DNA of 64,000 nt from an uncultured Candidatus Rokubacteria bacterium. GTDB lineage: Bacteria; Methylomirabilota; Methylomirabilia; Rokubacteriales; CSP1-6. Made by a program: the position numbers and the translations under genes. The notes under the pieces were generated by a model, which ran no database searches, was not told where the DNA came from, and saw only the letters and a list, made by a program, of their open reading frames with translations. Shown one piece after another: positions 19,581 to 30,098 of the stretch. Every line of letters begins with the position of its first letter. The stretch's first letter is position 1. Location of the stretch: positions 96,001 through 160,000 of the forward strand of contig CAWBMV010000034.1 in NCBI GenBank assembly GCA_963789955.1, written 5' to 3'.

Positions 19581-20378
19581 TCACTTCCCCTTGAACTCTG
19601 GTTTGCGCTTCTCGTTAAAGGCGCGGACACCCTCGAGGCGGTCCTCGGTCACGACCGTCGCATTGTAGGCCTCGATCGCGAGGATCATCGCGGTGTCGAG
19701 GTCGGTCTCGGCGCCGTAGGCGATGGCCTTCTTCGCCTGGCGCACCGCGATCGGACCGTTCTTCGCGATCGTCGCGGCGATCTGGGTGGCGGTGGCGCGC
19801 GCTTGCCCGGCCGGGACCAGGTGGTTCACCAGGCCCGCCGCCTTGGCCTCGTCCGCCTTCATGCGCCGCCCCGTGAAGATCAGCTCCTTCGCCAGCGGCG
19901 CGCCCACGATCCGCGGCAGGAGCTGCGTGCCGCCGATGCCCGGGAAGATGCCGAGCGTCGTCTCCGGCACGCCGAAGACGGCGGTCTCGCCGGCGACGAT
20001 GAAATCCGAGAGGATCGCCAGCTCGCAGCCGCCCGCAAGCGCGAAGCCCTCCACCGCGGCGATCACCGGCACCGGACAGCGGAGCACGCGAAACGCCGCC
20101 TGCTCGAAGATCACGTGCTGCGCGCGCCACGCCTCGTCGGTCATGGCGTTGCGCTCCTTGAGATCGCCGCCGGCGCAGAAGGCCCGATCGCCGGCGCCGG
20201 TGAAGACGATCGCGCGCACGTCCGGGTCGCGCTGGAATCCGTCGAAGCACGCGAGCAGGTCCTCGCCCATCGCGGTGTTCATCGCGTTCATCTGCTCCGG
20301 GCGATTCAGGGTCACCGTGACGACCCGGGCGTCGTCCGAGCGCGTGACGAGCAGATGGCGGTAGCTCGCGGCGCTCAC
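19581..20378 (-). CDS. Enoyl-CoA hydratase/isomerase
   Basis: [46 protein letters not shown]. Confidence 0.92.
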   Translation of the reverse strand: MSAASYRHLLVTRSDDARVVTVTLNRPEQMNAMNTAMGEDLLACFDGFQRDPDVRAIVFTGAGDRAFCAGGDLKERNAMTDEAWRAQHVIFEQAAFRVLRCPVPVIAAVEGFALAGGCELAILSDFIVAGETAVFGVPETTLGIFPGIGGTQLLPRIVGAPLAKELIFTGRRMKADEAKAAGLVNHLVPAGQARATATQIAATIAKNGPIAVRQAKKAIAYGAETDLDTAMILAIEAYNATVVTEDRLEGVRAFNEKRKPEFKGK

Positions 20379-21566
20379 TGGATGACGCCTTTGCTCTTGA
20401 GGCTTCGCACGTCGTCGAGCGTGTAGCCGAGCCAGGTGAGGACGTCGCCGCTGTGCTCGCCGAGGAGCGGAGGCACGCGGCGCACCGCCGGCCGCACGCC
20501 GTCCCACGTGAGCGGCAGGCCGATGCTCCGGTAGTCGGGCAGGCGCGGGTGGGCGGCGCGGACGACGACGCCGCTCTCGCGCGTCTGCGGCTCCTCGAGC
20601 ATCTGGTCGACGTTCAGGATCGGAGAGGCCGGCACGCCGGCGACGCGAAGCGCCTCGACGAGCTCGGCCGCTTTGCGCTGCCGCGTGCGGGCCGAGAGCG
20701 CCTCGACGAGCGCGCCGCGATTGGTCACCCGGGAAGGGTTGTCCTTGAACCGCGCGTCTTGGGCGAGCTCGGGGCAGCCGAGCGCCGCCGCGAGCTTCGC
20801 GAACAGCGCGTCGGAGCCCGCGCCGATCATCGCGAAACCGTCGGCCGTCGGGAAGGCCTGATAGGGCGCGATCATCGCGGTGCCGGAGCCCTGCGCCTGC
20901 GGCACGGCGCCCGAGGCCATGTAGCCCATGGCGTGGTAGGACATCCACATCAGAGCGGTCTCGAAGAGCGCGGTCGTCACCTCGATCGCGCGCCCGGTCG
21001 CATCGCGCTGGCGAAGCGCGGCGACGATTCCGAGCGCCGCCCACATGCCGGTGCCCATGTCGACGATCGACGTCCCCACGCGCGCCGGCTCCTGATCGGG
21101 ATGGCCGTTGACCGACATCAAGCCGCTGTAGGCCTGCATCAGCGGATCGTACCCGGGCAAGTGGCTGAGCGGTCCGCGGGCGCCGAACGCGGTGATCGAG
21201 CAGTACACGACTCTCGGGTTGATGCGCGAGGCCCCGGCGAAGTCGAGCCCAAGCTCGTCGATGGCGCCCGGTCGGAGGCTCTGGACGAACACGTCGGCGC
21301 GGCCGACCAGACGGTGCAGAACCTCGAGCCCGCCTGGCGACTTCAGGTCGAGGGCCAGGCTTTTCTTGTTGCGATTCAACGAGATGAAGGTGGCGCTCTC
21401 GCGGCCCCAGTACGGGCGGGGCCCAGGCCCTGGCGTCGTCCCCGCGGCCGGGCCGCTCGATCTTGACGACCTCGGCCCCCATATCTCCAAGGGTTTGCGT
21501 GCAGAACGGCCCCGCCACGTTCTGGGTCAGGTCCGCGACGACGATGCCCTCCAAGGGGTGCGCCAC
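20375..21566 (-). CDS. CaiB/BaiF class III CoA-transferase; frameshift near 21420
   Basis: [45 protein letters not shown]. Confidence 0.92.
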
Positions 21567-21681
21567 GCCAGGAGTCTATCACCGCGCAGGCGCTCGAAAA
21601 CCGGCGGCTCCCCGCCCTTTTCGGAGGTGTCCGGACTGTTTGGCACCTGCCGGAGCCCCGCGTTAGAATCGATTCAACCCC

Positions 21682-23448
21682 ATGGCTCCAAACGCTGATG
21701 ACTTGGCGAAACGCGTCGCGGCACTGAGTGAACACCTGTCGACTCTCGCTGGCACGCTTGCCCAGGCTACTCAGCAGCTGCAGGGAGGAACCGTCCCGAG
21801 CGAGGCGCTCGTCGACGAAATCACCAAAGTCCGCACGGATTTCCTCGAAGTTCGTCAGCGTGTCATGGAGACCGCGCGCTCGCTTTCGATCAACCTCCCG
21901 GCCATCTCGGAAATCGATAGCCTGAGGACGCTCGAGCCGTTGCTCGACGCCGTTGTTCAAGCGCTGGCGGCCGAGGAAAAGCGGGCGGCCCTATCGGAGG
22001 CACGCACCCGGGTCATGGCGGTACTGGACCGGGTCGTGACGATCAGCCATTCGGATGGTCCGAACTTCGCGGCGCTGGTCCAGTGCCTGGTGAAGGCCAA
22101 GGAGATCCGCCAGGCCGCTCAGGACCCCAAGGCGTTCGACTCCGAGCAAGCCCCCGCGTTTCTGGACAACATCCCGGCGTTCGCCGCCTTGCTGTCGATC
22201 ATCGAAGGACGCGACGCTCTCGACGACGACAAGTTCGCCGTTCTGGACGAGGCGGTGACCACGGCCTTCGGGCGGACTCTTGCGGTCGCGGCGGCCCGCG
22301 GCAAGCTCACGATTGGCGCGGCCAAGGCCCCCGCTCCTGCACCGGTCGTGGAGCGCGCAACCCCACCGGCCCCAAAGGAGCCGGCGCCTCGCCCCGCGGC
22401 CCCCGCGCCGGCGGCGCCAGCTCGGACAGGGGTGCTCACGTCCACACCGGCTCCAGTTCCCGCGGCAGCTCCCGCGCGGAACATCATCATCACGGAGACG
22501 CGCGACGAACCCCTCGACGCCGTCCAGGCGCGCGAGTCGAGCCCGGCCCAGCCGGCGCAACCGGCCGAGCAGGCGCCGCACGACGAGGCGGCGCAGTGGT
22601 GGGTGTCGGCGTGGGCGCGCTGGACGAAGTGGAAGGGCACGCTCGCCTTCGACGCCGCCGTCAAGGAAGAGCTCGGCAAGTTCAACTACGTCCTCAGCGT
22701 CCCGATCCAGAAGAGCACGGACTACGAGGAAGGCCTGCTCGCGTACGGGTACTCGATCCTCCTCGATCACATCGAGCACCGGTTCTCCGGCTTCGTGAAC
22801 AAGGCACTGAACAGCCTCAAGACGTTCCAGCCCGGCGCGGCCGGCGCGCAGCGATCGGTCGGCGCGCACCTCTACAACGTGCTCGTGAGCGAGGGGCGCC
22901 TGGCGGAGATCTATCCCGAGTTCGTCAAGAACGTGATGCTCGCGGCCGTCCCCGAGCCCGGTCTCTGGACCCACGCGCGCATTCTCGAGTCGACGACCGA
23001 GACGCGGATCTTCACCCATCCGAGCAACCGGATCGGCGATCCCGAGCACAATTCTCAGCGGCTGACGCAGGAGCGGCAGCGCTTCGCCGACCATCGCTTC
23101 CCCGTCGTGGTGGCGCCGATCACGGCGCGGTTCTTCGCGATCGCCGCCGATCTACGCGAGCCGCGGTCGATCGACGTGAAGCTGGTGGACGGGCGCAGCG
23201 ACTCCGATCACGCGTGGCTCTTGACCATGCCGCCGGTCGGCCGGGCCGATCTGAAGTCGGAGATGCTGCGGCTCTTCCCGGAAGGAACCTCGGTGCCGGG
23301 GCTGGGACGGGACTACGCGACGTTGTGGGTGGCGGTGTTCAACCCGGATCCGACCACTGAGAAGAAGTACGAGCTGACCTTGAGCCTCAAGCAGTCAGCC
23401 GCGACCAAGCAGTCGGCCGGAACCTTCCGCTCGGCGCGGACCGCCTGA
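21682..23448 (+). CDS. Hypothetical 588-aa protein: helical/coiled-coil N-terminus, Pro/Ala linker, C-terminal globular domain
   Basis: Long ORF with GC3-rich codons; TAGAAT upstream; no family recognised. Confidence 0.8.
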   Translation: MAPNADDLAKRVAALSEHLSTLAGTLAQATQQLQGGTVPSEALVDEITKVRTDFLEVRQRVMETARSLSINLPAISEIDSLRTLEPLLDAVVQALAAEEKRAALSEARTRVMAVLDRVVTISHSDGPNFAALVQCLVKAKEIRQAAQDPKAFDSEQAPAFLDNIPAFAALLSIIEGRDALDDDKFAVLDEAVTTAFGRTLAVAAARGKLTIGAAKAPAPAPVVERATPPAPKEPAPRPAAPAPAAPARTGVLTSTPAPVPAAAPARNIIITETRDEPLDAVQARESSPAQPAQPAEQAPHDEAAQWWVSAWARWTKWKGTLAFDAAVKEELGKFNYVLSVPIQKSTDYEEGLLAYGYSILLDHIEHRFSGFVNKALNSLKTFQPGAAGAQRSVGAHLYNVLVSEGRLAEIYPEFVKNVMLAAVPEPGLWTHARILESTTETRIFTHPSNRIGDPEHNSQRLTQERQRFADHRFPVVVAPITARFFAIAADLREPRSIDVKLVDGRSDSDHAWLLTMPPVGRADLKSEMLRLFPEGTSVPGLGRDYATLWVAVFNPDPTTEKKYELTLSLKQSAATKQSAGTFRSARTA

Positions 23449-23450
23449 GC

Positions 23451-23864
23451 TCAGGACTTCGAGGGTTCGGCCGCCTTCGGCTGCTCCGCGAGCTTCGCTG
23501 ACTCCACAGGCTTGGCGTGGTCGGCCTGGCGCGGCTGGTCCCCAGGCCCGGAGCGATCGAACGGGCTCCGCCGCGGCGTGATGCCGAGCTTCGCAGCGAT
23601 CTGTCCCATCGCCTGAGCGATCTCGTCCTTCTCGAGCCGGAGCAGGTGGTTCTCCCGCTTCAGCTCCTCGATGTCCTTGTGAAGCTTGTCGACTTCCTTC
23701 TGTGCTGAGGCGCCCGCGTGGTGGTCGCCCGCGATCAGCTCGGGCAAGAGACTGAAAATCTGGCGCGTCTCCTCGATCCACTTCGCGACTCGCTCTCGCG
23801 CTTCAGCAGCGGATGTAGGGTCCATGACCATCCTCGTCTGCTCCGGGGCGCGGTCCGTCGCCAC
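23451..23864 (-). CDS. Hypothetical coiled-coil protein
   Basis: Heptad-like VDKLHKDIEELKRENHLLRLEKDEIAQAM; start uncertain. Confidence 0.7.
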   Translation of the reverse strand: MATDRAPEQTRMVMDPTSAAEARERVAKWIEETRQIFSLLPELIAGDHHAGASAQKEVDKLHKDIEELKRENHLLRLEKDEIAQAMGQIAAKLGITPRRSPFDRSGPGDQPRQADHAKPVESAKLAEQPKAAEPSKS

Positions 23865-23981
23865 ATGTCATTGGCCGGAAGGCCGACGGCAGCCTGCTAG
23901 CCCGTGGGGATTGCAACACTCGTAGGATAGCAGCCTAGCATCGGCGTTCTGAAATTAGCAATCGAGCGCCCGACCGGGCGG

Positions 23982-24536
23982 TCAGGGCGTCGCTGGGGCG
24001 GCCAGGACGGCTTCGATAAACTGGCGTCCCTTTGGACTATCCCAGGGTTTGGGCCCGGTGGCCCGCCCGACCAGACGGCCCTGGCGGTCCACGATGTATA
24101 CGGTCGGCGGCCCCCACACCCCGTAGACCTTCCCGGTCACGTCGCCGCTCTCGTCGATCAGGACCGGGGCGACGTAGCCGCGCTCCTTGACGGTCTGCCG
24201 AACCTTGTCGGGAGCTTCCCGGAAGTCGATGAGGAGAACTTCGAGACCCTTACCTTTGTAGTCCTGGTAGAGCTTCTGGACGGGAGGCAACTCCTCCCGG
24301 CAGGTGGGTCACCACGTGGCCCAGAAGAAGAGCATCACGACCTTGCCTCGATAGTCCGCGAGGCTAACCGTCTTTCCAGCCAGATCCGGGAGCGAGAACG
24401 CCGGCGCCGCCTTGGGAGGCGTGTACGGCTGCACCTGCACGCTCTCGAAGTCCGGCGGAGCGGCCGCCCATGGGGAAACGGTCGACGACGCGACCAGGGC
24501 CAGAGCGAGGACTGCGACCGGCAAGAGTGACCTCAT
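23982..24536 (-). CDS. Putative selenocysteine-containing TlpA/ResA-like thioredoxin (UxxC), exported; TGA=Sec at 24309-24311
   Basis: Signal peptide, [43 protein letters not shown]...[16 protein letters not shown]. The two ORF-track pieces are in frame across the TGA. Confidence 0.92.
24281..24299 (-). promoter_or_regulatory. Candidate bacterial SECIS hairpin
   Basis: mRNA CGGGAGG-AGUUG-CCUCCCG, a perfect 7-bp stem starting 9 nt 3' of the UGA, with GU in the loop. Confidence 0.8.
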
Positions 24537-24569
24537 GTGCGCAGCGTACCGCATGACGCCAGCCCGCGG

Positions 24570-26924
24570 CTATTTCCGCCCGCGAATCGCCCGCACGACA
24601 CGCTCGGGCGTGATCGGCTGCTCCGTGAGCATCACGCCGAGCGGTGCCAGCGCATCGTTGACGGCGTTGAGGATCGCGGCGGGCGCGCCGGTCGCGCCCG
24701 CTTCGCCGGCGCCCTTGAACCCGCCGGCGATTCCCGGCGCCGGCGTCTCGATGTGGTGGGTCTCGATCGGCGGGACGTCGGCGAAGGTCGGCACGGCGTA
24801 GTCCATCAACGTCGCCGACAGCAGCTGCCCGGCGTCGTCGTAGACGCAGTGCTCCTTGAGCACGCCGCCGAGGCCCTGCGCGATCCCGCCGGCGATCTGG
24901 CCCTCGACGAGCGCGGGATTGACGATGCGCCCGCAGTCGTCCACCGCCACATAGCGCAGCACGCGCACCTGACCCGTCTCGACGTCGATCTCGACGACGG
25001 CGAGGTGGGCGCCGTTGGTGAAAGTCCACGCTCCGGGGTTCGTATAGTGCACGGTCGCCTCGAGGCTCGGCTCGACCCCGCGGAGCTCGTTCGACCGGAA
25101 GTGCGCGGCGCGCGCGAGCTCGGCGTAGCTCAGCCCGCGTTCGGGGCTCCCACGGACGGCGGCGCGGCCTCCGCCGAGCTCGATGTCGGCGGCATGCGCC
25201 TCGAGCAGCGCCGCCGCGACGGTTCGGATGCGCTCGCCCAGCGCCCGCGCGGCGAGCAACGTCGCGCTTCCGCCGATCGGCATGCCGCGGCTCGCCCAGG
25301 TGCCTCCGCCGTACGGCACGACGGCGGTGTCCCCCGAAAACACCGCCACGTCGTCGAGCGGAACATCGAGCTCGTCGGCGATGATCTGCGCGAGCGCCGT
25401 GTGGGTGCCCTGGCCCTGGTTGGTGACGCCGACGAGGGCCGTGACGGCGCCACCCGGCTCGAGCCGCACGGTCGTTCCCTCCTGGCCCGAGATCGGCGCG
25501 CCCCCGACGCCGTAGAACTGGGCGCCCGGGCCGGTGAGCTCGACGAAGCAGGCGAGCCCGATTCCCACGTGGCGCCCTCCGGCGCGCGCGGCCTTCTGTT
25601 CCCGCCGCAGCCGATCGTAGTCGGCGGCCTCCAGGAGTCGCGCCAGCGCGGCTTGATAGCTGCCGCTGTCGAAGACGTTGCCGGCCGCCGAGGTGTAGGG
25701 AAGATCTTCGGGGTTCACCAGATTTCGGCGGCGCGCCTCGGCCGGATCGAGCCCGAGGTCGCGCGCGACGAGATCGACCATGCTCTCGGTCACCGCGGTG
25801 GCGATCGGATGTCCCACCGCGCGGTATTGCGAGGTGACGACCTTGTTCTGCGCCACCACGCGCAGGGCCGCGTCGTAGTTCCGCACGCGGTACGGGTCCG
25901 GGCAGTAGCCGCAGCACCTGGCCGCCCTCGACGACGCTCGAGCGCGGATACGCCGAGTACGGGCCGACCGCGGCGGTGATGCTCGCGCGCATCGCGGTCA
26001 GGACGCCATGGCCGTCGGCCGCGACCTCGATACGGATCGTCTGCTCGCGCGCGTGGATGTCGGACAGGAACGACTCGCGCCGGCTCGCGACGAACTTCAC
26101 GGGGCGGCCGAGCGTCAAGGCGAGGGCGCAGGCGGCCATGTCGTCCTGATAGACGTGGATCTTGATGCCGAAGCTCCCGCCGACGTCGGGCGCGATGACG
26201 CGCACGCGCTGCTCGCGAAGGCCGAACAGGTCCGCGAGCACCGCCTGCATCATGTGCGGCACCTGTGTGGAGATCCACACCGTGAGCGCGCGCGTGGCGG
26301 GCTCGTAGTCGGCGAGCAGGCTTCGCGGCTCGAGCGGCACGCCGGTGTGCCGGCCCGTCGTGAACGTGCGCTCCCAGACGCGCGCTCCGGCGGCGAAGGC
26401 GCGCTCCACGTCGCCCGCGGTGAGCCGCGTCTCGTAGAGCACGTTGTCGCCGAGCTCGGGGTGGATCAGCGGCGCGCCGGGCGCGAGCGCCGCGTCCGGC
26501 GAGAGCACCGCGGGCAGCGGCTCGTACTCGACGCCGATCAGCGCCGCGGCGTCGTCGGCCGCCGCGCGGGTCTCGGCGGCGATCGCGACGATCGGCTCGC
26601 CGACGTAGCGCACGCGGTCGACGGCGAGCGGCACGCATGGCGCCGGTCTTCATGCCCTTGTAGTGCAGGAGCACGCCGCGGTAGGGCTTGCAGAGCTTCG
26701 CGGCGTCGTCGCCGGTCAACACGGCCGACGACGCCGGGCGCGCGGCGGGCGCGGTCGAGGTCGACACGGACGAGGCGCGCGTGGGCGTGCAGGCTGCGAA
26801 CGAAGGCCGCGTGGACCATGCGGGGCAAGGTCACGTCGTCGACGTAGCGGCCGCGGCCGGTCAGCAGGCGGGGGTCGTCGCCGCGTTTGACGCGCGCTCC
26901 GATTCGGCCCGCCGGCGCCGGCAC
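24570..26924 (-). CDS. Xanthine dehydrogenase / CoxL family molybdopterin-binding large subunit; several frameshifts
   Basis: [62 protein letters not shown]. Confidence 0.9.
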
Positions 26925-26942
26925 GGGCGGAATCTATCACGA

Positions 26943-26971
26943 TTGACACTCGCGGACCGCCCCCCTATCAT
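26943..26971 (+). promoter_or_regulatory. Sigma70-type promoter for the Liv-type operon
   Basis: TTGACA (26943-26948), 17-nt spacer, TATCAT (26966-26971); GGAGG RBS before the ATG at 27019. Confidence 0.7.
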
Positions 26972-27018
26972 CGGCGCGTTTCGAGACTGTTCACACCGCG
27001 CTCTCGACGGAGGTAGTC

Positions 27019-28242
27019 ATGCATCGACGCCAGTTCCTGACGACCGCAACGGCCGGCGCGACGTTCCTGGCCTTCCCCGCGGTGCTGCGGGCGCAGAGCA
27101 AGGATCCGCTCCGCATCGGCTTTCCGCTGCCGCTCACGGGCACCTTCGCCGCGATCGCCGCCGACATGCAGCGGGGCGCCCAGCTCGCGATGGAACGAGC
27201 TCAACGCGAAGGGCGGCGTCATGGGCCGCAAGGTCGAGGTCCTCTTCCGCGACGACGAGCTCAAGCCGGCGGTCGGCGCCCAGCGGACGAAGGAGCTGAT
27301 CGAGAACGAGAAGGTCGACTTCGTGGTCGGCGGGCTCGCCGCCCACGTGCAGATGGCGATCAACGAGCAGACCAAGGCCGCCAGGCAAGCTCTACATCTC
27401 GGTGAGCCAGTCCGACGAGATCAGCGCCAAGCCCGACACGAGCCCGCTCACGTTCCACGAGGCGCTCAACCCGACGCATCACCGGCCGCGCCGTCGGCGA
27501 ACGTTGGGCATGAAGAACCTCGGCAAGAAGTGGTGGATCGTCTACGCCGACTACGCGTGGGGCAAGCAGAACAACGCCGTGTTCACCGCCGTCGCGCCGA
27601 AGGCCGGCGGCACGGTGCTCGGCAGCACCCCGTATCCGCTCGGCAAGCCCGAGTTCTCGGCGCACCTGCCGAAGATCCAGGCCGCGAAGCCCGAGGTGAT
27701 CTCGCGGTGACCCCGGGCGCCGACGCGGTCCCCTTCCTCAAGCAGGCGATCAGCTTCGGCCTCAAGAAGGAGACGAAGATCGTCGTGCCGCTGCACTTCC
27801 TCGACTACACCAAGGAGGGCGGCGCCGACGTCTTCGCGGACATCTACGGCGCGACCAACTTCTACCGGGAGCTGGCCGAGACCATGCCCGCAGGCCAAGC
27901 GGTACGTCGACGCGTTACAGAAGAAGTTCAACAGGCTGCCCGACGCCTACTCGGGCTACGGCTACAGCGGCATCATGGAAGTCGCGCGCGGCGTCGAGCT
28001 GGCCAAGTCGACCGACTCCGACGCGGTGGCCAACGCGCTCCGCAAGAACCCCGTCTACGACCACTACAAGGGCAAGCAGTGGTGGCGGGCGTGCGACAAC
28101 AAGTCCTTCCAGGACCTCTGGATCGTCAAGGGCGGCGCTCGCAGCAGGTCAAGGGCGAGTGGGGCTTCTTCGACATCGTCGGCCAAGGTCGCCGGCCGAC
28201 GAGGAGCTCGACCGGACCTGCGCCGAGAAGGGTTTCGCCTAG
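27019..28242 (+). CDS. Branched-chain amino acid-type ABC substrate-binding protein with Tat signal; many frameshifts
   Basis: MHRRQFL Tat motif, PLTGTFA, GRKVEVLFRDDELKP, YADYAWG. Confidence 0.85.
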
Positions 28243-28247
28243 CGCGC

Positions 28248-29137
28248 GTGCTCGACATCTCGCTGCGGCGCTCGCCGCCCAGGTCTTCACCGGCCTCGTC
28301 GCTGGGCGGCATCTTCGTCCTGATGGCGATCGGGCTCTCGCTGATCTTCGGGCTGATGACGGTGGTGAACTTCGCCCACGGCGTCCTTCTACATGCTGGG
28401 CGCCTACGTCGCGTTCACTCCTGCTCGGGCTGACCAAGAGCTTCTGGGCCGCGCTGATCCTGGCCCCGCTCGTGGTGGGCGCGCTCGGCTTCCTGGTCGA
28501 GCGCTTCCTGATCCGCCGGCTCTACGGCCGCAGCCCGGACGATCCGCTCCTGCTGACGTTCGGGCTGTCCCTCGGCCATGGTCGAGGCCGTGAAGCTCGT
28601 CTGGGGCAAGATCGGTCTCACCGTCGACCCGCCGCAAGCAGCTGGCCGGCGCCGTCGACCTCGGCTTCATGGACTTCCCCGTCTATCGGCTCTTCGTCAT
28701 CGCGGTGACCGCCGCTCGTGCTGGTCGGCGCTCTGGCTGTTCCTCGAGAAGACCAACGTCGGGCTCATCATCCGCGCGGGCTCGCGCGACGCGCTGATGG
28801 TGCGGGCCCTCGGCCTCGATCTCGGCCGGGTCTGGTTCCTCGTCTTCGGCATCGGGATCGGCATGGCCGGTCTGGCCGGCGTGCTGGCGGGCCCGATGCG
28901 CGGCGTCTACGCCGAGATGGGCGTCGAGATCATCATCGACTGGTTCGTGGTCGTGGTGGTGGGAGGCATGGGCAGTCTTCTCGGCGCGATCGTCGCCGGG
29001 CTGCTGATCGGCGAGATCGTGAGCCTCACGACGTTCTTCGCGCCCAGGCTCGCCGAGCTGTGATCTTCGTCGTGATGGCGATCGTGCTGCTGGTGCGGCC
29101 GAGCGGACTCTTCGGCGAGGCGGGGCTGGCCGAGTGA
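28248..29137 (+). CDS. LivH-type ABC permease; frameshifts
   Basis: AIGLSLIFGLMTVVNFAHG, VVVVGGMGS, RPSGLFG. Confidence 0.85.
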
Positions 29138-30098
29138 TGCGCGCGGTCCGCACCGTCGCGGCGTGGGTGGCGGTCCACCCCGTGGCGTCCTTCGTCGTGT
29201 TCTTCGCGGTCTTTCCGTTCCTCGTCCCGTACCAGTCGCTCGCCACGCAGGTGCTGATCTTACGGGCTCTTCGCGCTGGGCTTCAACCTGCTCTACGGCT
29301 ACACCGGGCTCCTCTCGTTCGGCCACGCGGCGTACTACGGGCTCGGCGCCTACGGCACCGGCATCGCGCTGGCCAAGCTCAAGCTGACGTCGCTGCTGGC
29401 TGGCGCTCGGCCTCGGGCTGTCGGCGGCGATCGTCGGCGGCGCGCTGGTGGGATTCTTCTGCCTGCGCCGCCGCGGCATCTACTTCGCGATGCTGACGCT
29501 GGCCTTCGCCCAGATGCTCTACTTCATCGCCTTCCACGCCGCCGACCTGACCGGCGGCGACGACGGGCTGCGCGGGATCCCGCTGCATCCGCTCGGGCTG
29601 TTCGGCCTGTCGCTGTCGCTCCGCACGCCGCTGGCCTTCTATTTCTTCGCCTACGCGCTCGTCGTCCTCGCGGTCGCCGCCCTCAAGCGCATCCTCGATT
29701 CCCCGTTCGGCGCCGTGCTGCAGGCGATCCGCGAGAACAGCGATCGCGCCATGGCCTGCGGCTACGACATCAACCGGATCAAGCTGCTGTCGTTCGTCTT
29801 CTCCGCGCTGTTCGCCGGGCTCGCCGGCGCGCTCGACGCGCTGCGGCTCACCGTCGTGCCGGTCGACTCCTTGTACTGGACGACGTCCGGGCAGGTCGTG
29901 ATCATGACCCTGCTCGGAGGCGCCGGGACGTTCTTCGGACCCTTCGTCGGCGCCGCCACCTTCCTGATCCTGGCCGACCGCCTGAGCCTCGTGATCGAGG
30001 CCTGGCCGCTCGTGATCGGCATCGTCTTCATGGCGTTCGTCCTCTTCCTGCCCCGGGGAATCTGGGGCACGTTGACGGCGCGCGGGATCGAGCGATGA
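29137..30098 (+). CDS. LivM-type ABC permease; frameshifts
   Basis: GYTGLLSFGHA, GIYFAMLTLAF, SPFGAVLQAIREN, LGGAGTFFGP. Confidence 0.85.

Noticed and set aside
17740..19584. 614-aa ORF apparently fusing acyl-CoA dehydrogenase to downstream sequence
   Set aside because: Artefact of the frameshift near 18655; the real C-terminus ends at 18411.
21596..21623. Inverted repeat CGAAAA..GGCGG-CTC-CCGCC..TTTTCG
   Set aside because: Lies between divergent genes, so a terminator role is unlikely; single instance and no cognate regulator identified.
24570..26924. Aerobic CO dehydrogenase (coxL) call
   Set aside because: Lacks the AYxCSFR and AYxGAGR motifs and has no coxM/coxS neighbours.
26600..29450. 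Dense frameshifts suggesting a pseudogene cluster or programmed frameshifting
   Set aside because: Single-base indels also hit likely essential genes (hemH, hemY, citrate synthase). I saw no in-frame nonsense decay or slippery motifs. Best explained by low-coverage long-read error.
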